Of a stretch of DNA of 64,000 nucleotides, positions 10,786 through 21,272 are shown in pieces. A program made the position numbers and the translations under genes. The notes beneath the pieces were generated by a model. That model worked only from the letters and a program-made list of their open reading frames with translations. It was not told the DNA's origin and ran no database searches. The DNA is from Alphaproteobacteria bacterium (GTDB taxonomy: Bacteria; Pseudomonadota; Alphaproteobacteria; UBA8366; GCA-2717185), in contig JAJFJB010000249.1 in NCBI GenBank assembly GCA_021774435.1, positions 53-64,052 on the forward strand, in the 5' to 3' direction. The stretch's first letter is position 1, and each line of letters opens with the position of its first letter.

Positions 10786-11808
10786 TCATGTCTTGGTACT
10801 TATAAAGGTCAGCAGGGTAAATCTGCGTCCGGAAGTGACTGGCACGACCTCATGCAGAAGTCCGCAGGAAAACACCAATACACCGCCTTTGGGTGGCGCG
10901 TAATGATCGGGTCCATATTCTGGAAAACGCAAATAACCACCTTCATAGCCCTCATTAAGGTTGAGCGAGGCCGCGAAATGACGATGACTCAACGCCTCGG
11001 AGGGGTTATCGCGATGCGGTCGAAAAAATCCGGCATCTTCGGCTTCATAACAGCCGACCCTGAACTTCTCGAACCCCCATTCCTTATCGAACGAAAACAC
11101 TCTTTCGATTTCTGGTGCGAATCGAGGCATCAGGGTGATCAACAGGTGGCGTTCCATTGCGCCCTCGATTATGACATCGCTGCGGCGTTTTACTTCGGAA
11201 CGGCCAGCTTTCGAAGTTGCGGCACCGGATGCAACGTTGACGACATTTTTTTGTTTGCCGCCCTTATCCCAAGCCTCAATCAGCCTGTCGCAATCGATGC
11301 CGCTGAGAGCGTCGGGGATAAACAGTACCGGCGCTTGGACTGATATCAGTTTGGGTGGTTCCCGCGGCGCTATCCGTTCGAAGGCCTTACGGGCAATATC
11401 GCTGAATGCGTCAGCTTCGCCCGCGTCAGCGATCGCGACGATTCGCTGGTTTGGATCCAACGCGAACAATGCCGGCGCTGAAAGTCCCGAAGCCTCCAAA
11501 TATCCGCGACGAACTGCATTGTCCGGGTCCTCTAGCAGAATGAATTCACTGCCTCGCGATGCAGCAGGACCATTTCCGTCATTGGGTGCGATGATGGCGT
11601 ATCGATGAGCGCCGAATGCGGAAAATTTCTCGGCCTGCTTGGTGAATTTTCCCAGAATATCGCTGCCATTGGTTCCCGGGATTAATACGATTATCGGGCC
11701 ACCGGTTATATCAGTATTATAAAGCTCGTGTTTTGAACCATCGAAGTCTTTGAGCAGGAAGTTTGGCGCACGGTCGCCGACGGTCATTCTTCGGATTGGT
11801 GCATTCAT
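10786..11808 (-). CDS. Redoxin-like domain fused to 2OG-Fe(II) oxygenase
   Basis: N-terminal VGDRAPNF (AhpC/TSA-like start); C-terminal HRD...YEGGYLRFPE...H-EV-PV-SGRR. Confidence 0.85.
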   Translation of the reverse strand: MNAPIRRMTVGDRAPNFLLKDFDGSKHELYNTDITGGPIIVLIPGTNGSDILGKFTKQAEKFSAFGAHRYAIIAPNDGNGPAASRGSEFILLEDPDNAVRRGYLEASGLSAPALFALDPNQRIVAIADAGEADAFSDIARKAFERIAPREPPKLISVQAPVLFIPDALSGIDCDRLIEAWDKGGKQKNVVNVASGAATSKAGRSEVKRRSDVIIEGAMERHLLITLMPRFAPEIERVFSFDKEWGFEKFRVGCYEAEDAGFFRPHRDNPSEALSHRHFAASLNLNEGYEGGYLRFPEYGPDHYAPPKGGVLVFSCGLLHEVVPVTSGRRFTLLTFISTKT

Positions 11809-11813
11809 TGCGA

Positions 11814-13880
11814 TCAGTCTCCTTCGCGCCGCCAGGCCAGGGCCGTCGCGCTGAGTGCCAAGAGAAGAACGACGAGTGCGGGAAACAGGGGCACCACATT
11901 AACGCCGGTGACGATATAGTCGCCGTTTGCCGTGAGTCCGATCCAGTCGCGCCCGGCTGTATTTCGGCCCGGTGCAGTTCGCCGCAGACGAGGCGTGCCG
12001 CCATCGAGCCACCTGATCGCACCGCCGGTGGCCTCGCTAAGAGGAGTCAATAAATCAGCCGTCGCACGAACATTCTGGAATTCGATCGGATTGAGTGTTC
12101 CCGCAGCGGCCATAAAAACACGGTCACCATCGCTTACGCGATATAGCCCCGGCTGCGTAATCGGCATCTTTCCGGCGTACAGGCCTTCGCGTTGTTCTTC
12201 CAGTGCAAGCTCGGTAACTTTTCCATCCGGCCCGGTGACGTTTATAGGCCGCGCCTCCGCATCGATATCGCGTCGGGTGATCTCCAACTGATCGCCTTTG
12301 GCAATGGCGCGCAGATCTGTTTCCTCCAGTTCGGGTTCCTTCATGAGCCAGTGTGCGAGCCGACGTAGCAGTTCCGCCTGCGGGCCGCCCCCTTCGTAAC
12401 CGCGCGCCCACAACCAAATATGGTCGCTATTGAGCTGCGCAATTCGGCCTTCACCGAAACGGTCTAGGATCAGTAGTGGCTTCTCATCCACGCCGTTCAT
12501 GAGGACTCGGCCCTGCTTGACGGATACGTCGATCTGCCGGAACCAACGACCCCAGTTCTTATTCGATCCACCCGCAGCGAGGTCCGCCGTAACCGGATGC
12601 CGTTCGCCCATTTTCGTTACTGTTGGCCGGAAGCCCCGCTCCACGACTTTTCCTGTTGGTTCGCCAGGCAACGCCTTGCCCAGCGGCGTGCGATAAATAC
12701 TGAACGGGCCGGCGAAGGTCGGCCCAACGGCTTCAAGCAATGCGCCACCGTTGGCGACGTATTCGACAATATTGCGCAGATAGCTGGGCGGTAGTACGCC
12801 GCGGCGGCGGTAACGATCGAAAATGACGAGATCGAAATCCGCAATCTTTACCTCGAAAAGTTCGCGGGTCGGGAAGGAGATCAGCGAGAGCTCGTTTATG
12901 GGCGTGCCGTCCTGCTTCTCTGGCGGGCGTAAAATCGTGAAGTGAATGAGGTCGACCGAAGGGTCCGACTTGAGCAGATTGCGCCAAGTTCGTTCGCCGG
13001 CATGGGGTTCGCCGGAAACGAGAAGAACACGGAGCCGGTCGCGGACGCCGTTGACCGATACCACGGCGCGATTATTGGTTTGCGTCAATTCATCGAGGCG
13101 CGCTTCGACTTCGATTTCAAACACCGTCGATCCGCCATGGTTCAACGTGAAGGGGAGCGGGAAGTCGGCACCGATAGGCGCGCCGATACTGGAGGTTTCG
13201 CCGCCATCCCGTCGGAATGTAAGTGTTGTCGTATCGCCCTGCGTTGCCAACTCGTCCTCGATCCGGACGGTCATCTCCATTTCCTTGCCGACGATACCAA
13301 ATGCCGGCGCTTTGACGATCACGAGTCGCCTGTCCGTCTCATTAGGGCGGCCGTTGAGCAAGACGTGCAGCGGCGCTGGCAGCCCGTCGATACTGCTTTC
13401 CGAGCTCGTGTCGTGGACTTGGCCATCGCTCAAGAGAATCGCGCCCGCGATGCGGCGCGCCGGGACATCGCTTAACGCGCGCGACAAGGGCGCCAACAGC
13501 CGGGTTCCCTGGTCGGCAGCGGAAAGTCCATTCTCGCCAACCGTCACGATGCGAAGTTCGAGCGTTTCGCTATGTTTCTTGGCGTCAGCTCGAAGTTGCT
13601 CGAGCGCTGCTGCAGCCTGGCTGCGGCGGTCGCCAAGCCCCATGCTTGGTGTGTCGTCCACGATGATGACGGCAACGTCCTTGAGGGGTTCACGCAATTC
13701 GTTCACGAGCGATGGATTCAAGAGCGTCAAAATCAAAACCGAAAATGCCAATGTCCGCCATAGGGCACCGTTCGCACGGACATATAATCCTAATCCGGCC
13801 AGCACTGCTGCGAGTACTGCAAGAACCGCCACGGCGATCCACGGAAGCAATGGTGCGAACTCGATTGTTGTCCCTGCCAT
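11814..13880 (-). CDS. Conserved membrane protein with glutamine-amidotransferase-like domain (MoxR operon)
   Basis: LLVSGEPHAGERTWRNLLKSDPSVDLIHFTILRPPEKQD motif; TM at both ends; start at MAGTT. Confidence 0.85.
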   Translation of the reverse strand: MAGTTIEFAPLLPWIAVAVLAVLAAVLAGLGLYVRANGALWRTLAFSVLILTLLNPSLVNELREPLKDVAVIIVDDTPSMGLGDRRSQAAAALEQLRADAKKHSETLELRIVTVGENGLSAADQGTRLLAPLSRALSDVPARRIAGAILLSDGQVHDTSSESSIDGLPAPLHVLLNGRPNETDRRLVIVKAPAFGIVGKEMEMTVRIEDELATQGDTTTLTFRRDGGETSSIGAPIGADFPLPFTLNHGGSTVFEIEVEARLDELTQTNNRAVVSVNGVRDRLRVLLVSGEPHAGERTWRNLLKSDPSVDLIHFTILRPPEKQDGTPINELSLISFPTRELFEVKIADFDLVIFDRYRRRGVLPPSYLRNIVEYVANGGALLEAVGPTFAGPFSIYRTPLGKALPGEPTGKVVERGFRPTVTKMGERHPVTADLAAGGSNKNWGRWFRQIDVSVKQGRVLMNGVDEKPLLILDRFGEGRIAQLNSDHIWLWARGYEGGGPQAELLRRLAHWLMKEPELEETDLRAIAKGDQLEITRRDIDAEARPINVTGPDGKVTELALEEQREGLYAGKMPITQPGLYRVSDGDRVFMAAAGTLNPIEFQNVRATADLLTPLSEATGGAIRWLDGGTPRLRRTAPGRNTAGRDWIGLTANGDYIVTGVNVVPLFPALVVLLLALSATALAWRREGD

Positions 13881-13884
13881 GCTG

Positions 13885-16587
13885 TTAATTCCCCAGCCGT
13901 TCAAGGATCGAAGGAACGTGTACCTGGTCGGATTTGTAATTTCCGGTCAATGTGTACATGACGAGATTGACACCGAATCGATAGGCCATTTCGCGTTGGC
14001 GCTCTCCACCGGGAACAGCGGCAAACAAATGGCGTCCCTGACCGTCGATGGCCCATGCCGCAGCCCAATTATTTGAACCGACGATGATACTGGAGACACC
14101 ATCGTTTGCCCGTTCCCCGGGACGCTGGACCCAAACCCGCCCATCGGCCCATCGGCCTGGAAAGGCCTGCATAAGGTAGAATGCCTTCGTCAGAACATGA
14201 TCGGGCGGGACCGGTGCCAATGGTGGGATGTCGAGCCCGCTTGTCAGTCTGCGCAGTAGCCCCGTATTGTCGCTCGCGCCGCCATCCAGCATATCGAATA
14301 GGATCGTGCCGCCCGTCGCCATGAATCTGTTTAACCGGCCTATTGTAGCTTCGGAGACCGGTGTTTGCGTTTCCGTGACGGGCCAGTAAAGCAACGGAAA
14401 GAGTGTAAGCGGATCGCGCTCGACATCGATACCGATGGGCGCGGCCGCTTCGATAGCGGTGCGTTTGTTCAACATGCGACTGAGGCCGGTAAGGCCCTGC
14501 AAACTGGTATCGTCTACGGACGGGTCCCCGGTAACCACGTATGCCAGGCGGGTGTCCAGTGCCGCGTCCAAGGCGAAGTTATCGTCCGCGTTTTGCGAAT
14601 GGCCGGGCGTTGCTTGCAAGAAGACAATGGCGAAGACCAGTAAAGTCGCCGTAATCCCGGGACGAAGGCCCGGCATCAGCCCGCGGAGGATGAGCGTTGC
14701 CAAAGCATCGATCATGAAGAGGATAAGCGCCCCAACAAGTAACCACGGCTTCAAATCGACTTCCGCTGTCGGCGTATAGCTTCTTACTTCAATCCCGTCC
14801 GCGAGAGCGCCCAACGCGCGGAAATTGCCGATTTGCGGACCTAAATTCAGGGCACGCCGATCGCTGCTGTCGCCATAGATGCCGGGTGGTGTCGCGGGCG
14901 TTACCGTCGCCGCCGGGAACTCGCTTGCCGTGATCGCGCGTGTCGACGGTCCGGGGGTTATGGGATGACCAAAGGCATTCAGCAATGAAATTGGCGGTAA
15001 GGGCCGATCGCCTTGGCCTGCACCGGCGACGCCACGACTCGTCGCGACGATGCGTTCCAGCATTTCCACGAAAAGTCCGGACAACGCGAGGTTGGACCAT
15101 GCCGCGTTCGACGTCGTGTGGATCAAAACAATCCAGCCATCCCCAACTTGGTTCGCCGTGACAAGTGGTGTGCCGTCGGTAAGGCGTGCCCAGGATTTTT
15201 CACCGAGGTCGGGAGAAGGTTCGGCCAGGACCTGGCGGGAAATGGTCACGTCATCGGGTAATTTGAGATCGAAAAAGGGGCTCTTCCGGCTGAACGGCGC
15301 AAGGCGGGCCGGTTGCGACCAAAGCATAGCGCCACCCAACGTTCTGCCACCTCGTCTTAGCGGCACGGGAACCAGCTGATCCTCGGCATTTTGTGCGAGC
15401 CGCGGCCCGGCAAAGCGAAGAATGAGGCCTCCTTTTTCTGCCCAAGCCGATAGCTGACGCCGCTCGGTCGCCTCAAGTGGCGTACTATCCGGTATCGCGA
15501 TTACCGCGAGGGGATCGGCTATTAGTTTTTCGACCGGGCCGCGCCGCAAGTCGCTGAAGGGGCGCAGGGCGCGTTCGATGTAATAAAGTTCCGACAGAAG
15601 CGATGGGCCCATGTCGAGCGGTGTTTCGGAAACCAAACCTACGGGCCGCCGTCGCCAGCGAGTGTCCAACAGCGCTACCGAGGCTGCTGTCGTGTCGCCT
15701 TCGATTTCAAGGCGCGAAATTTCATTGCGCAGCTCAAGAGGGACTTCGATCGTTACGGTGGCCGTAGTCGATTCCGGTCCGAATTTCGCCGTTTCTTGGG
15801 CGATCAAACGGCCATCGCTACCCTTTACCCGCAGCATTTCCGACGCTTCGAGGCCGGAAGTTGCGCGGCGCATCGCAACAGTAAACTGATTTCGACCAAT
15901 TTCAGGCGGGGAGACGATCACCGGCAATGTATCGGGCAATATCACCGATGTTTCCCCGAGTTTGCGCAGTCTGTCCGCGAACAACTCGCTGTCGCCATCG
16001 GCAAGGCCATCGCTCAGCCAAAGGACAAAGGGGGTCCCTTCGAGCTTAACGTCGCCCAGAATGTCGAGTGCGGTGGATCGGTTTGTCGGCCAAGGCTTCG
16101 GCTCAATGGCGGCGATGATACTGCGCGCTTGTGCAGGGCGCAGCAGACCGGAATAAGGCGCAGTATTGCCTCGGGAATCCGGTGCGGTCGTCAGAACGAT
16201 TATCGGACGCTCATCGCGGTCCGCCTGGTCGATAGCGCGTGCCATCGCGTCCTGGCGCGCTGGCCAATCCGAGGCTGCGGCCCACCCGTCATCAATGACG
16301 AGCACAAGCGCACCATTCCCCGGCAACGGTGCAGCGGGGCTGAACAAAGGATGGGCCAGCGCAAATATTAGGAGAGTCGCTGCGACGAGCCGGAGGATTA
16401 TCAACCAAAGCGGCGACGCGTCCGGTGTCTCTTCCTTGCTCAGAAGGCCGAACAGCAACCGAACTGCTGGAAATCGCAGCCGCTGCGGTGCCGGCGGCGT
16501 GATACGTAGAAGCCACCATAGAACCGGCAGCGACAAGAGCGCTGTCAGGACCCAGGGAGAGGCAAAAACGAAGGATTCCAATCCCAT
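13885..16587 (-). CDS. BatA N-terminal double-TM domain + DUF4159 protein
   Basis: F..PWVL...LPVLWWLLRITPP..FP; C-terminal AYRFGVNLVMYTLTGNYKSDQVH; TGATG coupling with DUF58. Confidence 0.88.
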   Translation of the reverse strand: MGLESFVFASPWVLTALLSLPVLWWLLRITPPAPQRLRFPAVRLLFGLLSKEETPDASPLWLIILRLVAATLLIFALAHPLFSPAAPLPGNGALVLVIDDGWAAASDWPARQDAMARAIDQADRDERPIIVLTTAPDSRGNTAPYSGLLRPAQARSIIAAIEPKPWPTNRSTALDILGDVKLEGTPFVLWLSDGLADGDSELFADRLRKLGETSVILPDTLPVIVSPPEIGRNQFTVAMRRATSGLEASEMLRVKGSDGRLIAQETAKFGPESTTATVTIEVPLELRNEISRLEIEGDTTAASVALLDTRWRRRPVGLVSETPLDMGPSLLSELYYIERALRPFSDLRRGPVEKLIADPLAVIAIPDSTPLEATERRQLSAWAEKGGLILRFAGPRLAQNAEDQLVPVPLRRGGRTLGGAMLWSQPARLAPFSRKSPFFDLKLPDDVTISRQVLAEPSPDLGEKSWARLTDGTPLVTANQVGDGWIVLIHTTSNAAWSNLALSGLFVEMLERIVATSRGVAGAGQGDRPLPPISLLNAFGHPITPGPSTRAITASEFPAATVTPATPPGIYGDSSDRRALNLGPQIGNFRALGALADGIEVRSYTPTAEVDLKPWLLVGALILFMIDALATLILRGLMPGLRPGITATLLVFAIVFLQATPGHSQNADDNFALDAALDTRLAYVVTGDPSVDDTSLQGLTGLSRMLNKRTAIEAAAPIGIDVERDPLTLFPLLYWPVTETQTPVSEATIGRLNRFMATGGTILFDMLDGGASDNTGLLRRLTSGLDIPPLAPVPPDHVLTKAFYLMQAFPGRWADGRVWVQRPGERANDGVSSIIVGSNNWAAAWAIDGQGRHLFAAVPGGERQREMAYRFGVNLVMYTLTGNYKSDQVHVPSILERLGN

Positions 16588-17477
16588 CAGCGCCCCCATT
16601 GCTGCGGCGTTAGCGCCGAATAGAGCGTGAGAAGAGCGGCTTCAGCCGAATGATCGGTACGGTGTTGCAAGTACATCCAACCTGTTCGGCGTGCAATATC
16701 GCGGAGAGCATCGCAATGGCGTGCAAATTTGGATTTGTAATCTTCGCGCGCGGATTGAACGCGGCCCAATATCGTCTCTCCTTCATTCTCAAAGCCTTCG
16801 AACCTAATACGCCCTCGAAAAGGCAACTCTTGTTCGGCCGGATCGAGAATTTGCAGAAACAGCCCGGTTACGCCGCGCGCGGCGAACATCGACATTCGAT
16901 CCCGAATCTCTTCGGGTGGCGATAGGAAATCTCCAATTAGGACCATTTGTGCGTGGCGCGGTAGCGGTTGGAAGGGTGGCAGGCTTCCATTGGCTTGTGT
17001 TTCGCGGATCATGACATCTGCCAATCTGTCGTAGGCCGCCCGTCCTGTTGCGGATCGAAGACCGCTACCTAGAAGGCTGAAACGCTCGCCGGCACGCATC
17101 AACAAAAGTGCGGTGGCGAGTAATAGGATGTCGGTTCTTTCCGATTTCGTTGGGAGATTTTTTTCGGAGCGGTATTGCATCGACGGCGAGTTGTCGCGCC
17201 AAAGCCAGCAGGATTGCGCAGCCTCCCATTCCGTTTCGCGTACGAATAGATGCCGCGATTTTGCGGATTGCCGCCAATCGATCGCGCTCGCCGAGTCGCC
17301 GCTTTCGTAACGCCGGAATTGCCAAAATGTTTCACCTTGACCGACACGGCGGCGCCCATGAACGCCCTGGGCAACCGTTGCCGCGACTCGCTCTGCGGCA
17401 AGCAGCAATGGTGGCAGGCTGCTGGAGGCGCGTGCCGCCTGGGTCTGAAGGTCAAGCCGTCGCTCCGTGGCCGTCAT
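16587..17477 (-). CDS. DUF58 domain protein
   Basis: GVHGRRRVGQGETFWQFRRY..GD....IDWRQSAK. Confidence 0.93.
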   Translation of the reverse strand: MTATERRLDLQTQAARASSSLPPLLLAAERVAATVAQGVHGRRRVGQGETFWQFRRYESGDSASAIDWRQSAKSRHLFVRETEWEAAQSCWLWRDNSPSMQYRSEKNLPTKSERTDILLLATALLLMRAGERFSLLGSGLRSATGRAAYDRLADVMIRETQANGSLPPFQPLPRHAQMVLIGDFLSPPEEIRDRMSMFAARGVTGLFLQILDPAEQELPFRGRIRFEGFENEGETILGRVQSAREDYKSKFARHCDALRDIARRTGWMYLQHRTDHSAEAALLTLYSALTPQQWGR

Positions 17478-17513
17478 CCGTCTCCCATTCTAGAGGGTCG
17501 CATCCTCTAAAGA

Positions 17514-18521
17514 TTAGCGAAGGGGCTCGCAGAGCCTGTCGATCACGGTGTCGATTGTAACGCCTTCCGCGCGCGCGGCGAAGTTCAAAGCCATACGATG
17601 CCGCAGGACAGGATTGGCTAAGGCAAGGACGTCGTCGACCGATGGCGCGAGCCGCCCGTCGATCAAAGCGCGGGCGCGGCATGCCAACATCAGCGCCTGG
17701 CTGGCGCGCGGCCCCGGACCCCAGGAAACATGATTGATGACATCCGGGATATCGCTGGTTTCTGGCCGTCCCGCACGCACGATGCGCAGGACGGCATCGA
17801 CGATCCGTTCGCCGACCGGAATGCTGCGAACGAGCCGTTGCGCATTGATCAATTCGTCCGAGGTGAAGATCGCCTCCGCTTTGGCGTCCGAGACGCCGGT
17901 CGTTGCGAGCATGATTTCCCGTTCGGCTGATTCTTCGGGGTACCCGACATCGATTTCCATTAGAAATCGATCCAATTGTGCTTCAGGAAGCGGATAGGTG
18001 CCTTCTAACTCAAGTGGGTTTTGGGTTGCCAAGACATGAAAAGGTTTCGGCAGTGGATGATACTGTCCGGCAACGGAAACGCGGTGCTCCTGCATCGCCT
18101 GGAGCAAAGCGGATTGCGTGCGGGGGCTGGCCCGGTTGATTTCGTCTGCGAGGAGGACCTGACAGAAAACGGGGCCTTGTACGAAACGGAATGAACGCCG
18201 GCCTGATTCCGATTCCTCCAATACTTCCGAGCCGAGGATATCCGCGGGCATAAGGTCCGGTGTGAATTGAATTCGGCTATCCTCGAGACCAAGTACGGTA
18301 CCCATGGTTTCGACCAGCCTCGTTTTTCCAAGACCCGGTACGCCGATCAGTAACGCGTGGCCGCCGGAGAGTAATGTCGTAAGATTGAGATCAATGACTT
18401 GGGACTGGCCAAAAATGACGCGACCGATACTCTCGCGCGCGGCAGCCAGCCGCACGCCAAGACGTTCAATTTCGACGGCGAGATCTTCATGTTCGGCGGC
18501 ACTGGCGTCGGACTGGCTCAA
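17514..18521 (-). CDS. MoxR family AAA+ ATPase
   Basis: GVPGLGKT Walker A, RIQFTPDLMPAD, LLADEINRA, TYPLPEAQLDRF. Confidence 0.95.
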   Translation of the reverse strand: MSQSDASAAEHEDLAVEIERLGVRLAAARESIGRVIFGQSQVIDLNLTTLLSGGHALLIGVPGLGKTRLVETMGTVLGLEDSRIQFTPDLMPADILGSEVLEESESGRRSFRFVQGPVFCQVLLADEINRASPRTQSALLQAMQEHRVSVAGQYHPLPKPFHVLATQNPLELEGTYPLPEAQLDRFLMEIDVGYPEESAEREIMLATTGVSDAKAEAIFTSDELINAQRLVRSIPVGERIVDAVLRIVRAGRPETSDIPDVINHVSWGPGPRASQALMLACRARALIDGRLAPSVDDVLALANPVLRHRMALNFAARAEGVTIDTVIDRLCEPLR

Positions 18522-18572
18522 GACCTAATCTCCTCTGATGAAACGTCGTTATGATAGCATGGGTGGCGTTCG

Positions 18573-19127
18573 ATGAGCGCGCAACCCCCGAAGCCGGGCC
18601 ATCTCGAAAAAATGATCGAAAACGAGCCCGTTACGGTCGACCCGGAAGATCCGGATCGGTTCCAAATGCGAATTGCCCGTGACGGCACCTGGTACCATGA
18701 GGGATCGCCCATTCGGCGGATGGGCCTGATAAAACTGTTTTCGACTGTATTGCAGCGCGATGATGATGGTGATTTCTGGCTCGTGACCCCTGTTGAGCGT
18801 GGCCGAATCGAAGTCGAAGACGCCCCGTTTACGGCCGTCGAGTTGATTGTCGAGGGTGAGGGGGAAAATCAAGAACTGAGCTTTCGCACCAATTTGGACG
18901 AAATTGTTCGTGTTGACGCCGATCACCCGATCAGAATTGCGAACGACCCGATGACAGGAGAACCATCACCTTATGTTGTCGTGCGTAAAAACCTCGAAGC
19001 CTTGATCACGCGTTCTATATTCTATGATCTGATCGACCTTGCGGATGATCAATGGGATGGTGACGAGACGACGTTGGGTATTTGGAGCGCTGGAACGCTC
19101 TTCAACCTAGGTGCGACCGTGGAGTAA
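18573..19127 (+). CDS. DUF1285 domain protein
   Basis: MRIARDGTWYHEGSPI.R..LIKLF...LVTPVE...VEDAPF. Confidence 0.9.
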   Translation: MSAQPPKPGHLEKMIENEPVTVDPEDPDRFQMRIARDGTWYHEGSPIRRMGLIKLFSTVLQRDDDGDFWLVTPVERGRIEVEDAPFTAVELIVEGEGENQELSFRTNLDEIVRVDADHPIRIANDPMTGEPSPYVVVRKNLEALITRSIFYDLIDLADDQWDGDETTLGIWSAGTLFNLGATVE

Positions 19128-19130
19128 CAA

Positions 19131-19745
19131 ATGCAGCGTGAAGAAATACACCGGCGGTTCGAAACGATAGAGGGCCGTTCTTCGGCCGTTCGATGGTCGG
19201 GATCACGGGGCGATCACGATCTGAATCCGGGCATGACGCACGGCGATGAATTGACCCCTGCCGCGGTTCTGGTTCCGCTGGTCGACCGTCCAGGCGGATT
19301 AACTGTCATGTTGACGCAAAGAACCGCGCATTTGAACGATCATGCCGGTCAAATCAGTTTTCCAGGAGGGCGTGTCGAACCCGAAGATCCCAGTCATCGG
19401 GACGCGGCTTTACGCGAGGCGCAGGAGGAGGTCGGCTTGCCGCCGGAGAATGTGGACGTCATCGGTGTGCTGGACCCGTATATCGTGCGCTCTGGCTACC
19501 GCGTCACGCCGATTGTCGGTTTCGTAAACCCTCCTTTCGACGTAAAGCCGGATCCGTTCGAGGTTGCAGAGGTATTCGAAGTACCTTTGTCCTTCATTCT
19601 CGACTCGGATAATCATGAAACCGATTCCCGTACCCATGAGGGTATCGAAAGGACTTTCTACGTTTTGCCCTACGAAAACCGTTACATCTGGGGAGCGACG
19701 GCAGGAATGTTGGTCAATCTTTACGACGTCTTGGTCGGCGAATGA
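19131..19745 (+). CDS. CoA pyrophosphatase (Nudix, NudL-like)
   Basis: AAVLVPL, LTQRTAHLNDHAGQISFPGG, ALREAQEEVGL, IWGATAGML. Confidence 0.92.
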   Translation: MQREEIHRRFETIEGRSSAVRWSGSRGDHDLNPGMTHGDELTPAAVLVPLVDRPGGLTVMLTQRTAHLNDHAGQISFPGGRVEPEDPSHRDAALREAQEEVGLPPENVDVIGVLDPYIVRSGYRVTPIVGFVNPPFDVKPDPFEVAEVFEVPLSFILDSDNHETDSRTHEGIERTFYVLPYENRYIWGATAGMLVNLYDVLVGE

Positions 19746-20026
19746 TTCGCAAACTACTCACAATTGGTTTGCCTTTGCTGGCGCCCTTTATCGTTTATTT
19801 CATCTGGTGGTGGACAATGCGCCGCCGGGCTTTGGCGGAGGCGGAAGGACGAGATGTCGGACCATGGGAGAATTTGCCTTGGATTTGGCTGATTTCAACT
19901 GGTGTTAGTTTGGCTGCGATTTCGCTCGTCGTCACGGCGCTGCTAACTGGTGGCGACCCCTTTGCAGACTACCAGACGCCACGTTTTGAAGACGGAAAGA
20001 TCGTGCCTGGCCGCGTTGGACAGTAA
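19742..20026 (+). CDS. DUF6111-like small membrane protein
   Basis: Two TM helices; C-terminal Y.TPRFEDGKIVPG; ATGA overlap with the upstream gene. Confidence 0.8.
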   Translation: MIRKLLTIGLPLLAPFIVYFIWWWTMRRRALAEAEGRDVGPWENLPWIWLISTGVSLAAISLVVTALLTGGDPFADYQTPRFEDGKIVPGRVGQ

Positions 20027-20030
20027 CCCC

Positions 20031-21266
20031 TTGAGCGTCGAGAAAATCGCGCCGCAAGACTGGATGACGAATGCGCAGACGAGCGCGGTCATCGCTGCAT
20101 TGCAGGCGGGCGGGTTTTCGGCGCGGTTTGTCGGCGGTTGCGTTCGTGACACATTGCTTGGCCGCCCCATCCGGGACATCGATATTGCAACCGATGCGGC
20201 CCCGGACAGCATCGTAAATTGCCTTGAAAGCAGCAATTTGCGCGCTATTCCAACTGGAATTGACCATGGTACGGTTACGGCTGTTTCCGGCGGATCCTCC
20301 TTCGAGATCACCACGCTGCGGCGGGACGTTGAGACCGACGGCCGACACGCCAAGGTTGAATTTACCGATGACTGGGACGACGATGCGGCACGGCGCGATC
20401 TGACGATCAATGCGATCTCGCTGGAAATCGACGGGACATTGCACGATCCGTTCGGGGGACAGGCGGATTTGGTGGCGGGCCGAATTCGCTTTGTCGGCAA
20501 TGCCGGGGACCGAATCGCCGAGGACGTGCTGCGGCTTTTACGATACTTCAGATTCTACGCCCATTATGGGTATCCGCCACCGGATGAAGAGGCGCTAGCG
20601 GCTTGCCGCTCGATGGCATCGTACTTACCGAGCCTTTCGGGAGAGCGTGTCAGGACAGAACTCGTGAAACTTCTTGAAGCCCCGGACCCTCTACCGACAC
20701 TGAAGCTCATGCTGGGGACTCATGTCCTTGAACGAATTTTGCCGGAAGCAAGGGAACTTGAGTGTCTGTCGCGCTTGGTTGGTATTGAAGCGGCAAATAA
20801 CATCGACATAGATCCGATACGCCGGCTGGGTGCGCTACTCAACGCTGACAAACGTGGGTCTGAGGATGTTTCCGGTCGACTGCGACTGTCCAATGCGGAA
20901 CGAAATTTTCTTTCGATGTTGGCGAAAGATGTGGATTCGATCCCGCAGAACGTGGTTGAACGCCGGCGTCTTGTCTATCGCCTCGGCGCGCCATCCGTCC
21001 GCGAACTCGTGCTCATTGGTTGGGCGCGTGACTCTCGAACAACACGAGATGATGGTTGGCGCGATTTCCTTCATGAAATAGACGCGTGGTCGCCGAAAAA
21101 ATTTCCCGTGACAGGAAGCGACGTTTTGGAACGTGGCGTTGACGCTGGGCCTGGTGTGGGTGACTTTCTGCGCATCGTCGAAATTTGGTGGGTGGATGGG
21201 AATTTTACCGCTAGCCGCAAGGAATGCTTGTCTCGTTTGGATCAAGAAATCGGCAAATATCGTTAA
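20031..21266 (+). CDS. cca: CCA tRNA nucleotidyltransferase / poly(A) polymerase family
   Basis: RFVGGCVRD..LG....DIDIAT, EITTLR, RRDLTINA, RIAEDVLRLLRYFRF; TTG start inferred (ORF track 19950). Confidence 0.9.
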   Translation: MSVEKIAPQDWMTNAQTSAVIAALQAGGFSARFVGGCVRDTLLGRPIRDIDIATDAAPDSIVNCLESSNLRAIPTGIDHGTVTAVSGGSSFEITTLRRDVETDGRHAKVEFTDDWDDDAARRDLTINAISLEIDGTLHDPFGGQADLVAGRIRFVGNAGDRIAEDVLRLLRYFRFYAHYGYPPPDEEALAACRSMASYLPSLSGERVRTELVKLLEAPDPLPTLKLMLGTHVLERILPEARELECLSRLVGIEAANNIDIDPIRRLGALLNADKRGSEDVSGRLRLSNAERNFLSMLAKDVDSIPQNVVERRRLVYRLGAPSVRELVLIGWARDSRTTRDDGWRDFLHEIDAWSPKKFPVTGSDVLERGVDAGPGVGDFLRIVEIWWVDGNFTASRKECLSRLDQEIGKYR

Positions 21267-21272
21267 GCGTGT

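Noticed and set aside
11814-21266. MoxR-DUF58-BatA/DUF4159-GATase operon and DUF1285-Nudix-cca as a novel system
   Set aside because: A widely conserved alphaproteobacterial arrangement; poorly characterised but not new
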